Counted from the first letter of the stretch, positions 9,891-19,065 are shown. The stretch: 64,000 nucleotides of DNA from Thermodesulfobacteriota bacterium (GCA_965216785.1 OZ244197.1:2240001-2304000), one strand, 5' to 3'. Program-made: numbers and translations. Notes: generated by a model from the sequence alone, not told the origin.

Positions 9891-10121
9891 GTACAAAGCG
9901 CTAAACTTTAACGTATATGCTCTGTTATTTATTCCACACTAAGTATCTGAGGCATATATAGCCGCACTCTTCAGGGTAGGGGTAGAAGAGGTGTTTTTCT
10001 ACCCTCCTGGGGCTGATATCAGTCCAGAGCCTTACTTCCCTTTTTTATGTAATTTATAAACAACCCTTTACATTCCAACCATAGTTTAATATTTATAAAA
10101 CTCCTGTGTTTTATACGTATC

Positions 10122-10140
10122 AATATTGATATTCATTACC
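10122..10140. promoter_or_regulatory. Fur box (distal)
   Basis: AATATTGATATTCATTACC matches 15/19 of GATAATGATAATCATTATC. Confidence 0.55.
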
Positions 10141-10188
10141 AACTAACAAAACATACCACATAACCCTCTGTTATTATTGGTTATTTGC

Positions 10189-10236
10189 TTGACAGTATCG
10201 TGGGGCGCTGATATTATAATAATGATATTGATTATC
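10189..10236 (+). promoter_or_regulatory. sigma70 promoter with adjacent Fur box
   Basis: TTGACA(10189)-17 nt-TATTAT(10212); AATAATGATATTGATTATC at 10218-10236 matches 16/19 of the Fur consensus; upstream of iron-uptake genes. Confidence 0.8.
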
Positions 10237-10292
10237 ATTATGATATTGGGAGTCGTATAGATTCCGTAAATAAACTTAGGAGGAAGGACCAT

Positions 10293-11402
10293 ATGTTGAT
10301 TAACACAGGTAGAAAGTATGTTTTGTTTTTCATATTCGCTCTTGTACTGGCGGTAGGTTGTGATTCCAGCTCTGACAGTAACGGCGGAGGCGGTGGAGGA
10401 GGGGGAGGCGGCAATAACGACGCCTTGATCCAAAGAATAATAGACGACTACGTAGATAACGTAGTCATTTGTACATACGAGCTCCTTTACGAGAGGGCAA
10501 TAACGCTTAGAGAAGCAGTGGAAGCTCTTGAGGCAAACCCGACGGGCAGCACTCTGCAGGCTGCGAGAGACGCCTGGATATCCGCAAGGATTCCTTGGGA
10601 GCAGAGCGAGGCCTGGCTGTTCGGTCCTGTAGACGCAAAGGGGCACGACCCTGCGCTCGATTCATGGCCGGTTAACCGTACGGATCTTGACAACGTACTC
10701 GACAGCGCAAATGACCTGACTCCGGCATTCATCAGAAACCTGGACCCGTCTCTTAAAGGTTTTCACACTGCAGAATACCTCTTGTTTGCTTTTGAAGCGG
10801 ATGAGCTTGGTGACAGGGAATTTGAGTACCTAGTAAGTGTTGTAGGGGACATCGAGCTTACTGCGGAGGAACTGCTCACAGACTGGTCAGAGGGCGACGG
10901 AAACCGTTTCCCCGAGCCTTTCGGTGATGTTATGAAAGATGCGGGGGACAATCAGACCTTCCCATCGCTCGTAAGCGCGCTCCAGCAGATAATCGAAGGT
11001 ATGTCAATCATTGTCGACGAAGTGGCGGCAGGTAAGATAGCCGACCCGTTCGATAACAAGGACGTAGAAGCGGTGGAGAGCCAGTTCAGCTTTAACTCCC
11101 GTGCTGACTTCGCTAACGACATTACCGGAGTGCTGAACGCATACCTCGGTAACCAGCCCGACCTTGGGAAGTTTGGCGACGGAATTATCGATCTTCTGGA
11201 GATTGAGGATGCAGCGCTTGCGGCGCGCGTTGAAGATGAAATCAATGACGCCATAAACAAGATCCTTGCCATTCCTCAGCCGTTCCGTGACGCCATACTC
11301 GACCCTGAAGCCGCTGACGAGATCGTTGCAGCTCAGGACGCGCTCAGAGCGCTGTTCGCAACGCTAAACGGTCCGGTTCTCGACATTATTAACGATCAGT
11401 AA
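10293..11402 (+). CDS. imelysin family (IrpA-like) iron-regulated lipoprotein
   Basis: Lipobox AVGC, poly-Gly linker, WEQSEAWLFGP, LDSWP, GFHTAE (GxHxxE) and ESQFSFNS motifs. Confidence 0.9.
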   Translation: MLINTGRKYVLFFIFALVLAVGCDSSSDSNGGGGGGGGGGNNDALIQRIIDDYVDNVVICTYELLYERAITLREAVEALEANPTGSTLQAARDAWISARIPWEQSEAWLFGPVDAKGHDPALDSWPVNRTDLDNVLDSANDLTPAFIRNLDPSLKGFHTAEYLLFAFEADELGDREFEYLVSVVGDIELTAEELLTDWSEGDGNRFPEPFGDVMKDAGDNQTFPSLVSALQQIIEGMSIIVDEVAAGKIADPFDNKDVEAVESQFSFNSRADFANDITGVLNAYLGNQPDLGKFGDGIIDLLEIEDAALAARVEDEINDAINKILAIPQPFRDAILDPEAADEIVAAQDALRALFATLNGPVLDIINDQ

Positions 11403-11417
11403 CAATCCACATCAAGA

Positions 11418-11447
11418 CCCGGGGCGGCTGAAGGGAGCCGCTTCGGG
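11418..11447 (+). terminator. intra-operon stem-loop
   Basis: CCCGGGGCGGCT...AGCCGCTTCGGG hairpin without a U-tract between the imelysin and di-haem genes. Confidence 0.45.
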
Positions 11448-11477
11448 CACTTGAAATAAGCCAAGGTAGGAAAAATC

Positions 11478-12890
11478 ATGTTTTATAAAATTAAGAGTTC
11501 ATATAGCACAGCCGGAAAGTCCTTACTGTTTCCGGTTCTATTGGTCATAGTATCATTAGGATTAATCGGAGGATGTGGTGGTTCAGGGGATACCGGTGAC
11601 GGGGGCGGTATAGGCATTGTGGTCGATCCCACGGTCCCCGCCGGCGGTGATACCAGCATCGATAACCGCACATCCTTTGCTTTTGAGATGCCGGCGGCAA
11701 ACCTTACGCCCGAGCAGGATGACGACCACTTTCAGGGCGACATTAGGTTCGGTGACGTATTCGTTACAGCGCCCGCTGTGGTAAACCCGGGTCTCGGTCC
11801 TACTTTCAACAACGTCTCGTGCGAGGCCTGCCACACCAAGAACGGCCGGGGCCAGCCGGTGTTCGGTGACCCCAATCTAAGGAGCCAGGCGCTCGTAAGA
11901 GTCTCTTTGCCTGAAGGCGAGCCCGCGGTTCCGGGCGGTAACCCTCCTGTAGAGGGTTTTGGCAACCAAATTCAAGACCACGCCGTGTTCGGCTTGGACC
12001 CCGAGGCTAAGATTGAGCTCACCTATGAAGACGTTCCCGGTGAGTACCCCGACGGAACTCAATATACGCTCAGAAAACCAGTTCTTACCATCACACTGCC
12101 GGACGGCTCGGAGCTTGACGAGAACGTTCTAAGATCAATGAGACTGCCCCCGCCCGTATTTGGTCTCGGGCTTCTAGAGGCGATATCCGAGGACACCCTA
12201 TTCGATTTCGCAGACCCTGACGACGAGGACGGCGACGGCATATCGGGCCGGGTGAATATGGTGTGGAACATTGTCAGGGCAAGGACCGAGGTCGGAAGGT
12301 TCGGCCATAAGGCTTCTAACCCTGATTTAAGACAGCAGTCCTCCACGGCGTACTTCAATGACATGGGGGTCTCAAACCCGGACATCACGGACCCGGGCGG
12401 CTTTACGGACATAGACGAAGAGACCTTAAGGCTGGCCGTGTTCTACGTTCAGAGCCTCGCGGTCCCGAACCGCGCTAAGTCGGACGACCGGGATGTGAAG
12501 AGGGGTGAGGAGTTTTTCTACGGCATCGGCTGCACGGCTTGCCACAAGCCCACAATAGTCACAGGCCAGCACCCCGAATTCGCCGAGTTCTCAAACCAGA
12601 CCATTCAGCCCTTCACCGACCTCTTGCTCCACGACATGGGCGAGGGGCTTGCGGACGGCAGGCCGGACTTTTTGGCCAATGGGCGCGAGTGGCGCACGGC
12701 GCCGCTTTGGGGCATAGGGCTTACCGGAAGAGTGCTTGGAGTAACGAGCTTCCTTCACGACGGCAGGGCCAGGACTGTTGAAGAGGCTATCCTGTGGCAC
12801 GGCGGCGAAGCTGAATCGGCCAAGGAAGGGTTTATGAACCTTTCCGAGCGTGAGCGCGAGATGGTTCTCAAATTTCTAAACACATTATAA
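11478..12890 (+). CDS. di-haem oxidoreductase family protein (DUF1111)
   Basis: GLGPTFN, CEACH, CTACH, DGDGISGR, TDLLLHDMG, WRTAPLWG and LHDGRAR motifs. Confidence 0.9.
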   Translation: MFYKIKSSYSTAGKSLLFPVLLVIVSLGLIGGCGGSGDTGDGGGIGIVVDPTVPAGGDTSIDNRTSFAFEMPAANLTPEQDDDHFQGDIRFGDVFVTAPAVVNPGLGPTFNNVSCEACHTKNGRGQPVFGDPNLRSQALVRVSLPEGEPAVPGGNPPVEGFGNQIQDHAVFGLDPEAKIELTYEDVPGEYPDGTQYTLRKPVLTITLPDGSELDENVLRSMRLPPPVFGLGLLEAISEDTLFDFADPDDEDGDGISGRVNMVWNIVRARTEVGRFGHKASNPDLRQQSSTAYFNDMGVSNPDITDPGGFTDIDEETLRLAVFYVQSLAVPNRAKSDDRDVKRGEEFFYGIGCTACHKPTIVTGQHPEFAEFSNQTIQPFTDLLLHDMGEGLADGRPDFLANGREWRTAPLWGIGLTGRVLGVTSFLHDGRARTVEEAILWHGGEAESAKEGFMNLSEREREMVLKFLNTL

Positions 12891-12901
12891 GGACACAAAC
12901 A

Positions 12902-14455
12902 ATGATCAATCGAATAGGTTTAATTCTATTGGCAGCGGTATTGCTGCCATTGCTTTCTCCACTACCGCCTTCTTTTGCCCAGTCCGCGAACCAAAGCGAG
13001 GTTCGGGAGCTAAGACGGATGATAGAGGAGATGAAAAAGCAAAACGAGGAAAAGATAAAAGAGTTAGAGCGGATTAGGGCACAGGACGCGCATAAGATAC
13101 AGTCACTCGAAAACCGCGTCAACGAGCTCACACAAGAGCAGGACGCGCCTCAGCCTCCCTCTTACATTTTGGACAGGCAGCAGCGTGAAGAGTACGTCAA
13201 AGAAATTGAAGAGCAGGAAGAGCGGGATTTTATAGAAAGACTCAACGCGGGCGATAAACCCTACAAAGACCTCTTTGACAAAAGCCCCTGGAAGCTCACC
13301 TGGGGCGGATACGCCGACCTTCTGGTTTCGTGGTTCGATCACGGCCCCGACCAGACCCGCCCCGGTGGCTCAGAGTCGGACTCAAGACTTGAGTTCGATC
13401 TCGCGCGCTTTGTGCTGGAACTCGAGGGCGAGATGTTCGCCGGCCTCGGTTTTGAGGCTGAGATAGAGTTTGAGCACGGCGGCACGGGCTCTGCACTTGA
13501 GCTTGAGTTCGAGGAGTTCGGCGAGTTTGAGCTAGAAGCGGAAAAGGGCGGTGAAGTGATAATCGAAGAGCTTTACCTGAGAAAAAAGTTCGGCGACTGG
13601 GGTAAGCTCAAAGCAGGCCGCTTCTACCTTGCGTTCGGCCTGATGTCATATCTTAACAAGCCCACTAACTACCTGGCCGCAAGGAGGCCGGAGGCAGAGC
13701 TTGCAATCATCCCAGCGGTATGGGACGAGATCGGGCTCAGCTTCGACTACTACGTTAACGAAAACTGGGACCTAACGTTTCAGGTCGTAAACGGTCTTGA
13801 CTCGAGCGGTTTCAGCTCACTTTACTGGGTGCGCGAGGGTCAGCAGAAGAAGTTCGAGTTCATACAGGCGGACGGTCTTGCATTCGTAGGCCGTGTGGAC
13901 TACAAAGTCCCAGACTGGGGTCTTCTGGTCGGTACATCCGCTTACTACGGTTTAAATACCAATGCCAACAGGCCGGAGGATGATCTTGATGGAGTGGATT
14001 CTCCGCTTCTCATTTTAGATGCGCACGCTATATTCAGGCACGAGAAGTGGCGCGCTAGCGGTGTAGCAATGTGGGGACACCTATGGAACGCGGACGAGAT
14101 ATCCGAGCGTAACACAAGGCTTCCTAACAGCCTACAGGCCCCGAGAACTCCTGTATCAGATCAAGCTGTAGCGATGTGGGGTGAGGTGGGTTATAACATC
14201 AACAACCTGGTGGGTCTTGACTACCTCCACCGTCTCGAGCCCTTTGTCAGGTTTGATTATTATGATTCCGTATATAAACCGAGGAGCGACCTCTTCGATA
14301 ACCCCCGTTTCGAGCGCAATGTATTTACCGGCGGCGTTTCATATACGTTTGCCAAGTCGGTATTCATAAAGCTCGATTACGGCTACAGATACATACCTTC
14401 GCCCGATTTCAGGAACGAAAGCACCGTTAACCTCTCTTGGGGGTTTGTGTACTGA
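12902..14455 (+). CDS. outer-membrane porin-like protein with N-terminal coiled coil
   Basis: Signal peptide, coiled coil, EIEFEHGG motif, amphipathic beta strands, terminal aromatic (GFVY); in the iron operon. Confidence 0.75.
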   Translation: MINRIGLILLAAVLLPLLSPLPPSFAQSANQSEVRELRRMIEEMKKQNEEKIKELERIRAQDAHKIQSLENRVNELTQEQDAPQPPSYILDRQQREEYVKEIEEQEERDFIERLNAGDKPYKDLFDKSPWKLTWGGYADLLVSWFDHGPDQTRPGGSESDSRLEFDLARFVLELEGEMFAGLGFEAEIEFEHGGTGSALELEFEEFGEFELEAEKGGEVIIEELYLRKKFGDWGKLKAGRFYLAFGLMSYLNKPTNYLAARRPEAELAIIPAVWDEIGLSFDYYVNENWDLTFQVVNGLDSSGFSSLYWVREGQQKKFEFIQADGLAFVGRVDYKVPDWGLLVGTSAYYGLNTNANRPEDDLDGVDSPLLILDAHAIFRHEKWRASGVAMWGHLWNADEISERNTRLPNSLQAPRTPVSDQAVAMWGEVGYNINNLVGLDYLHRLEPFVRFDYYDSVYKPRSDLFDNPRFERNVFTGGVSYTFAKSVFIKLDYGYRYIPSPDFRNESTVNLSWGFVY

Positions 14456-14473
14456 GCTTGAGTAGTTGCTTAC

Positions 14474-14504
14474 GGGCCCGGATTATTTAAGCCATAATTC
14501 GGGC
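14474..14504. terminator. hairpin between convergent genes
   Basis: GGCCCGGATTAT...ATAATTCGGGCC. Confidence 0.55.
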
Positions 14505-14511
14505 CTCCCCG

Positions 14512-15093
14512 CTACTCTATCTCCGATACAAATGGGATGTAAGGAGCCACCGGATCCTCCGGGTCGGTGCGGAACGTCCTGTAACGGTTCAGGAACGTAA
14601 CGTTTGCCAGGGGTTCGTTGTACTCCCCGCGTCTGAAATCAAGCCCGACCTTATTGGCCCCGTAGTAGTCCTCGATCGTGATGAACACCATATCGCCGGG
14701 CTGCAGAGCCCCTTCGTTGAAGTCAACGTTAGACAGCTCACCCTCTATTCTGCCGAGCAGCTTCTGAACACCCTTTGGGTCTACGGTCACGGGGTCAAAC
14801 ACGATGTAAGTGGCAGCGTGGCTGATGGGTTTTTTAATAATTATGACGTTGTAGTCGTCTTTAAAATGATACGCCGCGGCGCTCCCAGGGGGTCTGTACC
14901 AGCCGTAACGCCCGGAAACTATATCGCCGTCGCCCATGTGGTACTTATGGTTTCCCCACTGAGCCGGCCAGTGCACGTCGGCGACCGTACCTACGGCTAT
15001 TGTGTTAGGCGGTGGCTGATGCACCTCTTTTTGTTTGCTGGCGCACCCGCTGCATACTATGAGAATTAACGCGGCAATCGTTAAACGAATCAT
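14512..15093 (-). CDS. hypothetical lipoprotein
   Basis: Signal with CSGC lipobox; AGGAGG SD. Confidence 0.7.
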   Translation of the reverse strand: MIRLTIAALILIVCSGCASKQKEVHQPPPNTIAVGTVADVHWPAQWGNHKYHMGDGDIVSGRYGWYRPPGSAAAYHFKDDYNVIIIKKPISHAATYIVFDPVTVDPKGVQKLLGRIEGELSNVDFNEGALQPGDMVFITIEDYYGANKVGLDFRRGEYNEPLANVTFLNRYRTFRTDPEDPVAPYIPFVSEIE

Positions 15094-15382
15094 CCAACAT
15101 CCTCCTTTAAAAATCCTGTAATAATTATAGTGTCTTTAATCCGCTTAATACAGCTCTACTTCACTAAATGTAATGTAAAACAAGAGGAAAGTAAAGTAAG
15201 TAACAGAAATAACTGTAAAATCCTATTGAAAAACGTCCTTGTGAGGCTCAGTATGAGCCGAAACAGTCCCTTACCACCCTCCATCATATATCGTGCATCT
15301 TGAATCTTGTATTCCGCATCCAAAACTACGTAGCTTGAAAATCCTATAACTACTTTGATATAATCTCTGTGAGAGCGAAGGT

Positions 15383-16039
15383 ATGAAACAACTTATCAAC
15401 GTATTAAAGAGCGGCTTGGCTGCTGCGATGCTCGCTATTTTTTTGATTGGGTGCGGCGGCAGTCCCAAATCCACTTTCGAGCCCCAAAAGGAAAGCACCA
15501 CGAGCGCGTATGTTGAGCGCTACAGGCTCTACCGCATAGAACGTGGTAAGCAGCTGGTAAACCTCGGGGGCTGCGACAAATGCCACACGCCCAAGATAAA
15601 GACCCTTTTCGGAACAGAATCAGACCCCGAGAGGTTCCTTTCCGGCTATCCTGAAAACGAGCCCCTTCCAGAGCTCCCCGATGAGGAAGTAGGCACCGGA
15701 GAATGGGAAAACGCGTTCTATACAACGGACGGCACCGTTTGGGTAGGCCGCTGGGGCGTGAGTTTCGCGGCGAACATTACGCCCGACCCCGAGACCGGTA
15801 TAGGCGAGTGGACCGAGAAACGGTTCATCGAGTCTTTCCGTGACGTTGATCATATTGGTGAGGGCAGCGCGGCGGGCTCCCCGATGCCGATGAACGCCTA
15901 CTCTCAGCTAAGCGATGAGGAGCTGCGCTCGATTTACCTCTATCTTCAGGCGATAGAACCCATTAATAACAAGGTCCCCGACCCCATACGCCCGGGACAA
16001 ACGCTCTATGATAACGAGGAAATCCAAAACGATCTTTAA
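15383..16039 (+). CDS. c-type cytochrome lipoprotein (cytochrome c553-like family)
   Basis: LIGC lipobox, CDKCHTP, WGVSFAANITPDPETGIGEWT and PMP motifs. Confidence 0.85.
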   Translation: MKQLINVLKSGLAAAMLAIFLIGCGGSPKSTFEPQKESTTSAYVERYRLYRIERGKQLVNLGGCDKCHTPKIKTLFGTESDPERFLSGYPENEPLPELPDEEVGTGEWENAFYTTDGTVWVGRWGVSFAANITPDPETGIGEWTEKRFIESFRDVDHIGEGSAAGSPMPMNAYSQLSDEELRSIYLYLQAIEPINNKVPDPIRPGQTLYDNEEIQNDL

Positions 16040-16178
16040 GAATCACTAATACGCAATTTACGGTTTCTTAACAAAACCCCTTTACATTTTCTCAGAATTT
16101 TGCTATAAATCATTTAATACAGTCTTAAAGCAGTACCCATAATAATTCCGAAAACAAAATTCTTAAAGGAGCAGCGGT

Positions 16179-16214
16179 GGGGTAATAGGTGTAAAAACTT
16201 ATTACCCCTTTTTT
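16179..16214 (+). terminator. intrinsic terminator
   Basis: GGGGTAATAGGT...ACTTATTACCCC followed by TTTTTT. Confidence 0.75.
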
Positions 16215-16252
16215 CGTTTTACAAATCCTCCTCCAGCAAGCATACTAAATTA

Positions 16253-16624
16253 ATGATTAACTCCGTTGACGAATTCATCGAAGAGTTCCTAAAGCATAAG
16301 GACAAGGTCAAGTGGTTTCTCCATCAGCCTACTCCAACTGCAAAGCGTACCGACATCAGGGGGATTGATGTGCTATGCAGCCCCATGACCGTAATGTGCA
16401 CCCCTCCGGTGCACCATTACATCGACTATCTCGATCTAGAGGCCGACATTCACCCCACTTTCGTCCGTGTCATCTCGACCGCCGCCGACCACAGCGTCCG
16501 CGCCCTCACCGAGGCTATAGACAAATTCCCAGCAGACAAATTCCCGCACGCCCGCTCAACTGAGGCGCTTGAGCTCCGTAAAAGACTACTTGAGGTCCTC
16601 GAGCTTGAGGAAGTCGGTTTGTAA
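16253..16624 (+). CDS. hypothetical protein
   Basis: 123-aa ORF, no recognisable motif and no clear SD. Confidence 0.5.
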   Translation: MINSVDEFIEEFLKHKDKVKWFLHQPTPTAKRTDIRGIDVLCSPMTVMCTPPVHHYIDYLDLEADIHPTFVRVISTAADHSVRALTEAIDKFPADKFPHARSTEALELRKRLLEVLELEEVGL

Positions 16625-16736
16625 GTGAGTAATAATTGCTCACACCCTGCATAATTTTCTGACACCAAACACATCTTTCACATATCCGCGGCGGCTTGAA
16701 ATTCATAAAGCCTCAGAATCCTTGCATTAATTTTCA

Positions 16737-16752
16737 CGGCACGGTTCATGCA
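16737..16752 (+). promoter_or_regulatory. sigma54 (-24/-12) promoter candidate
   Basis: CGGCACG-GTTC-ATGCA gives GG-N10-GC, 35 nt upstream of the ATG at 16788. Confidence 0.55.
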
Positions 16753-16787
16753 ACTATATTTAATAAAAACATTGGGGAGAGTGTAAA

Positions 16788-17207
16788 ATGGTCAAGAAAC
16801 AGAGTAATGTGCTTAATTTAGAAGAATTAGACGAGAACATGCGTAAGCAGACCGAGTCTGTAAGGAAAAGCTATGTAGACTGGCTTGAGATGAATAAAAC
16901 TATGTGGATGGAGACTTTAAACTCCTTTGACACACAGATAGAGCTTTGGCTCTCTATGCAGCTAGGCTACATGGATTTGATGAAGAACCTTATGGGGTCC
17001 AAACCCGATTTCATGGGTTTAGGCAAGGGGCTCAATCCATACGCGGGACAGTTCGAGCATATAAACGAGCTCAACAAGGAATTTATAGAAATAAAGAAGA
17101 AGAAAGCGGAGAAAGTGGCTAAAACGCTTAAGCAGTATCACAGAAAATCACTTGAAAGCACGCTTGAGGCTTTTGATAAATACTGCGATCTTCTCAGCAC
17201 GTCCTGA
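16788..17207 (+). CDS. hypothetical helical protein, phasin-like
   Basis: GGGGAG SD; all-helical amphipathic, Met/Trp/Lys-rich. Confidence 0.6.
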   Translation: MVKKQSNVLNLEELDENMRKQTESVRKSYVDWLEMNKTMWMETLNSFDTQIELWLSMQLGYMDLMKNLMGSKPDFMGLGKGLNPYAGQFEHINELNKEFIEIKKKKAEKVAKTLKQYHRKSLESTLEAFDKYCDLLSTS

Positions 17208-17274
17208 TAGCTGTTATTGCGGGAAAACAGTGTGAGTGCGGCAATCTCTTAGCTGCTGAATACCGCGTCCTGAA

Positions 17275-18075
17275 TCACGTCCTCCACCTGGTAGATATAA
17301 ATTCCACCGCTTCCTGTACATTAAGCCCCCGCGTGCTTACGCCGGTGCGGAGATAAAACCTCATATCGCTGCCTTCTTTTATATACACTGGCCTGTGTGA
17401 AGGTCTTACGATAATTCTGCATACGTCCTTACCGGTAGTGTTGTGAAACACCATTTGCAGGTACTGACATACGTCCGTTCCGAGCTTAGACGCGACAGCG
17501 GCCATCAGCGCCTGCTCAAATCCGTCCCGGTCTTTTTTCTTAAGTATTTTATAATCGTGCTCCAGCCCCGTAATCTCGCCGTCGTCCGAAACGCCTATTA
17601 TCAGTGATCCTCCCTCGCCGTTCATAAAACCGGCCAGGGTCTTCATTATCACTTCCTCAAGCGCTTTATTAGGGCGGGACTCTTTTAAGTCCCAGCGGAA
17701 TGTGGACTTAAACTCGACCACGGCGCTCTCGCCGTGCGAGATGAGCGCGCGCAAATCCTTTTCGAGCTCATCGCTAAGGTGCTTAATTCGCAGAGTGCTT
17801 TTGTATAGAGAGTAGTAAAATAACGCTGACAAAAATCCAATGAAAGCTCCCACTGTGCCAAAGAATATGAGCTTTACCGGGTAGCGTCCCAAAAGCGAAT
17901 GCCAAAGCTGATCGCCGGCGTACGTGAGCGCTTCGCGCATATTGGGATTATCTTCATAAGAAAACACAAACTCGTTTAACGGGATAAGGAATACTATTCC
18001 CACTACGGCGCCGAAGATTACCGGTATTCCAAACAGCAGGGCAGTACGGTCTTTGAATGTATCTTTTGTGTTCAT
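17275..18075 (-). CDS. membrane-anchored Schlafen/AlbA_2 domain protein
   Basis: Two N-terminal hydrophobic segments; GESAVVEFKST, LAGFMNGEGGSLIIGVSDDG and FYLRTG motifs. Confidence 0.85.
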   Translation of the reverse strand: MNTKDTFKDRTALLFGIPVIFGAVVGIVFLIPLNEFVFSYEDNPNMREALTYAGDQLWHSLLGRYPVKLIFFGTVGAFIGFLSALFYYSLYKSTLRIKHLSDELEKDLRALISHGESAVVEFKSTFRWDLKESRPNKALEEVIMKTLAGFMNGEGGSLIIGVSDDGEITGLEHDYKILKKKDRDGFEQALMAAVASKLGTDVCQYLQMVFHNTTGKDVCRIIVRPSHRPVYIKEGSDMRFYLRTGVSTRGLNVQEAVEFISTRWRT

Positions 18076-18208
18076 CTTAAGGTCCTGCAGCCCTAAGGCC
18101 GGCCGCAATCAAGAAAACTATTATAATGAACTATACGTACTTAGGGTAGATATACACTTTAGCTTTATATATGATAACTATTATAAGATCTTACCGAGGT
18201 GCGTATAT

Positions 18209-18619
18209 ATGGACAATCTCGAGCTCTTAATACCGCTTACCTATATCCCTGGTATAGCCCTTCTTATTATGTCCACGTCCCAGAGGTATATACACATGGA
18301 CGATACTATAAAGAGCTATACGCCAGAGCAGTGCGAGGTTTACGCAGAGAAAGTAAAGCAAGAGCTAAGACGGGCGCATCTGTTCAGAAACAGTCTGATC
18401 GGGTTTTACCTGAGCGTCGTTTTCTTTTCTCTGGGCTCGCTAGTTGCGTTCCTTACGAATAGCTGGGGGATTGAGACTTCCAAAACCATTTTAGAGATAG
18501 CCTCCATCATAGGCGTTGGCCTGCTTGTCTTCTCCGTTATCAGCTTGTCATGGGAGTCCATACTCACACTGGACATTCTCAAGAGGCATGCCTCCGGAGA
18601 GAACGACGACAAAAAGTAG
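18209..18619 (+). CDS. DUF2721-like membrane protein
   Basis: PLTYIPGIALLIMSTSQRY and three TM segments; GAGGT SD before the ATG at 18209. Confidence 0.7.
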   Translation: MDNLELLIPLTYIPGIALLIMSTSQRYIHMDDTIKSYTPEQCEVYAEKVKQELRRAHLFRNSLIGFYLSVVFFSLGSLVAFLTNSWGIETSKTILEIASIIGVGLLVFSVISLSWESILTLDILKRHASGENDDKK

Positions 18620-18623
18620 CTCT

Positions 18624-18977
18624 ATGGACGATTTAGACGGCATATTCTCAAGGCTTGCCAAGTCCCGCTTCCGCTCAGGCTTTACACTCAAAGGAAAGGA
18701 GCTCGAGTACCTGAGCGACAAGGGCCTTACGGCAGTCATGCGGCACGCTTCAGATTTTATCGAAGACCGGCTCGCCCCCGCGGATATTCCCAACGACGGA
18801 AAGCAGACGCCCATGAAAAACCACCCTGTTTTCATAGCTCAGCACGCCACAGCCACATGCTGCCGCAAGTGTCTTTGTAAATGGCACGGCATAGCTTCAA
18901 GCGGGCATGCCCTGAACGCCGAAGAAAAAGCATACGTCCTCCGTGTGATAGAAAGATGGCTCACTCCATATCTTTAG
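18624..18977 (+). CDS. DUF4186 family protein
   Basis: SRFRSGF, NDGKQTPM and HPVFIAQHATATCCRKCL motifs. Confidence 0.9.
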   Translation: MDDLDGIFSRLAKSRFRSGFTLKGKELEYLSDKGLTAVMRHASDFIEDRLAPADIPNDGKQTPMKNHPVFIAQHATATCCRKCLCKWHGIASSGHALNAEEKAYVLRVIERWLTPYL

Positions 18978-18981
18978 CGCC

Positions 18982-19065
18982 GTCATTGCGAGACGAAGGC
19001 GAAGCAATCTCCTTCTATCAAGTACCCAAGTCGCAGCCGTGTCATTTCCGAAAAGGCGGCAATCT
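18982..19065. repeat. two GTCAT...GCAATCT palindromic repeat units
   Basis: GTCATTGCGAG..GAAGCAATCTC (18982-19011) and GTCATTTCCG..GGCAATCT (19041-19065). Confidence 0.65.

Noticed and set aside
10383-10412. G-rich tract as a phase-variation or G-quadruplex locus
   Set aside because: It encodes a poly-Gly lipoprotein linker with mixed codons, not a homopolymer
15291-15321. Degenerate 7-mer tandem repeat (TCGTGCA TCTTGAA TCTTGTA TTCCGCA)
   Set aside because: Only four poor copies; no evidence of function
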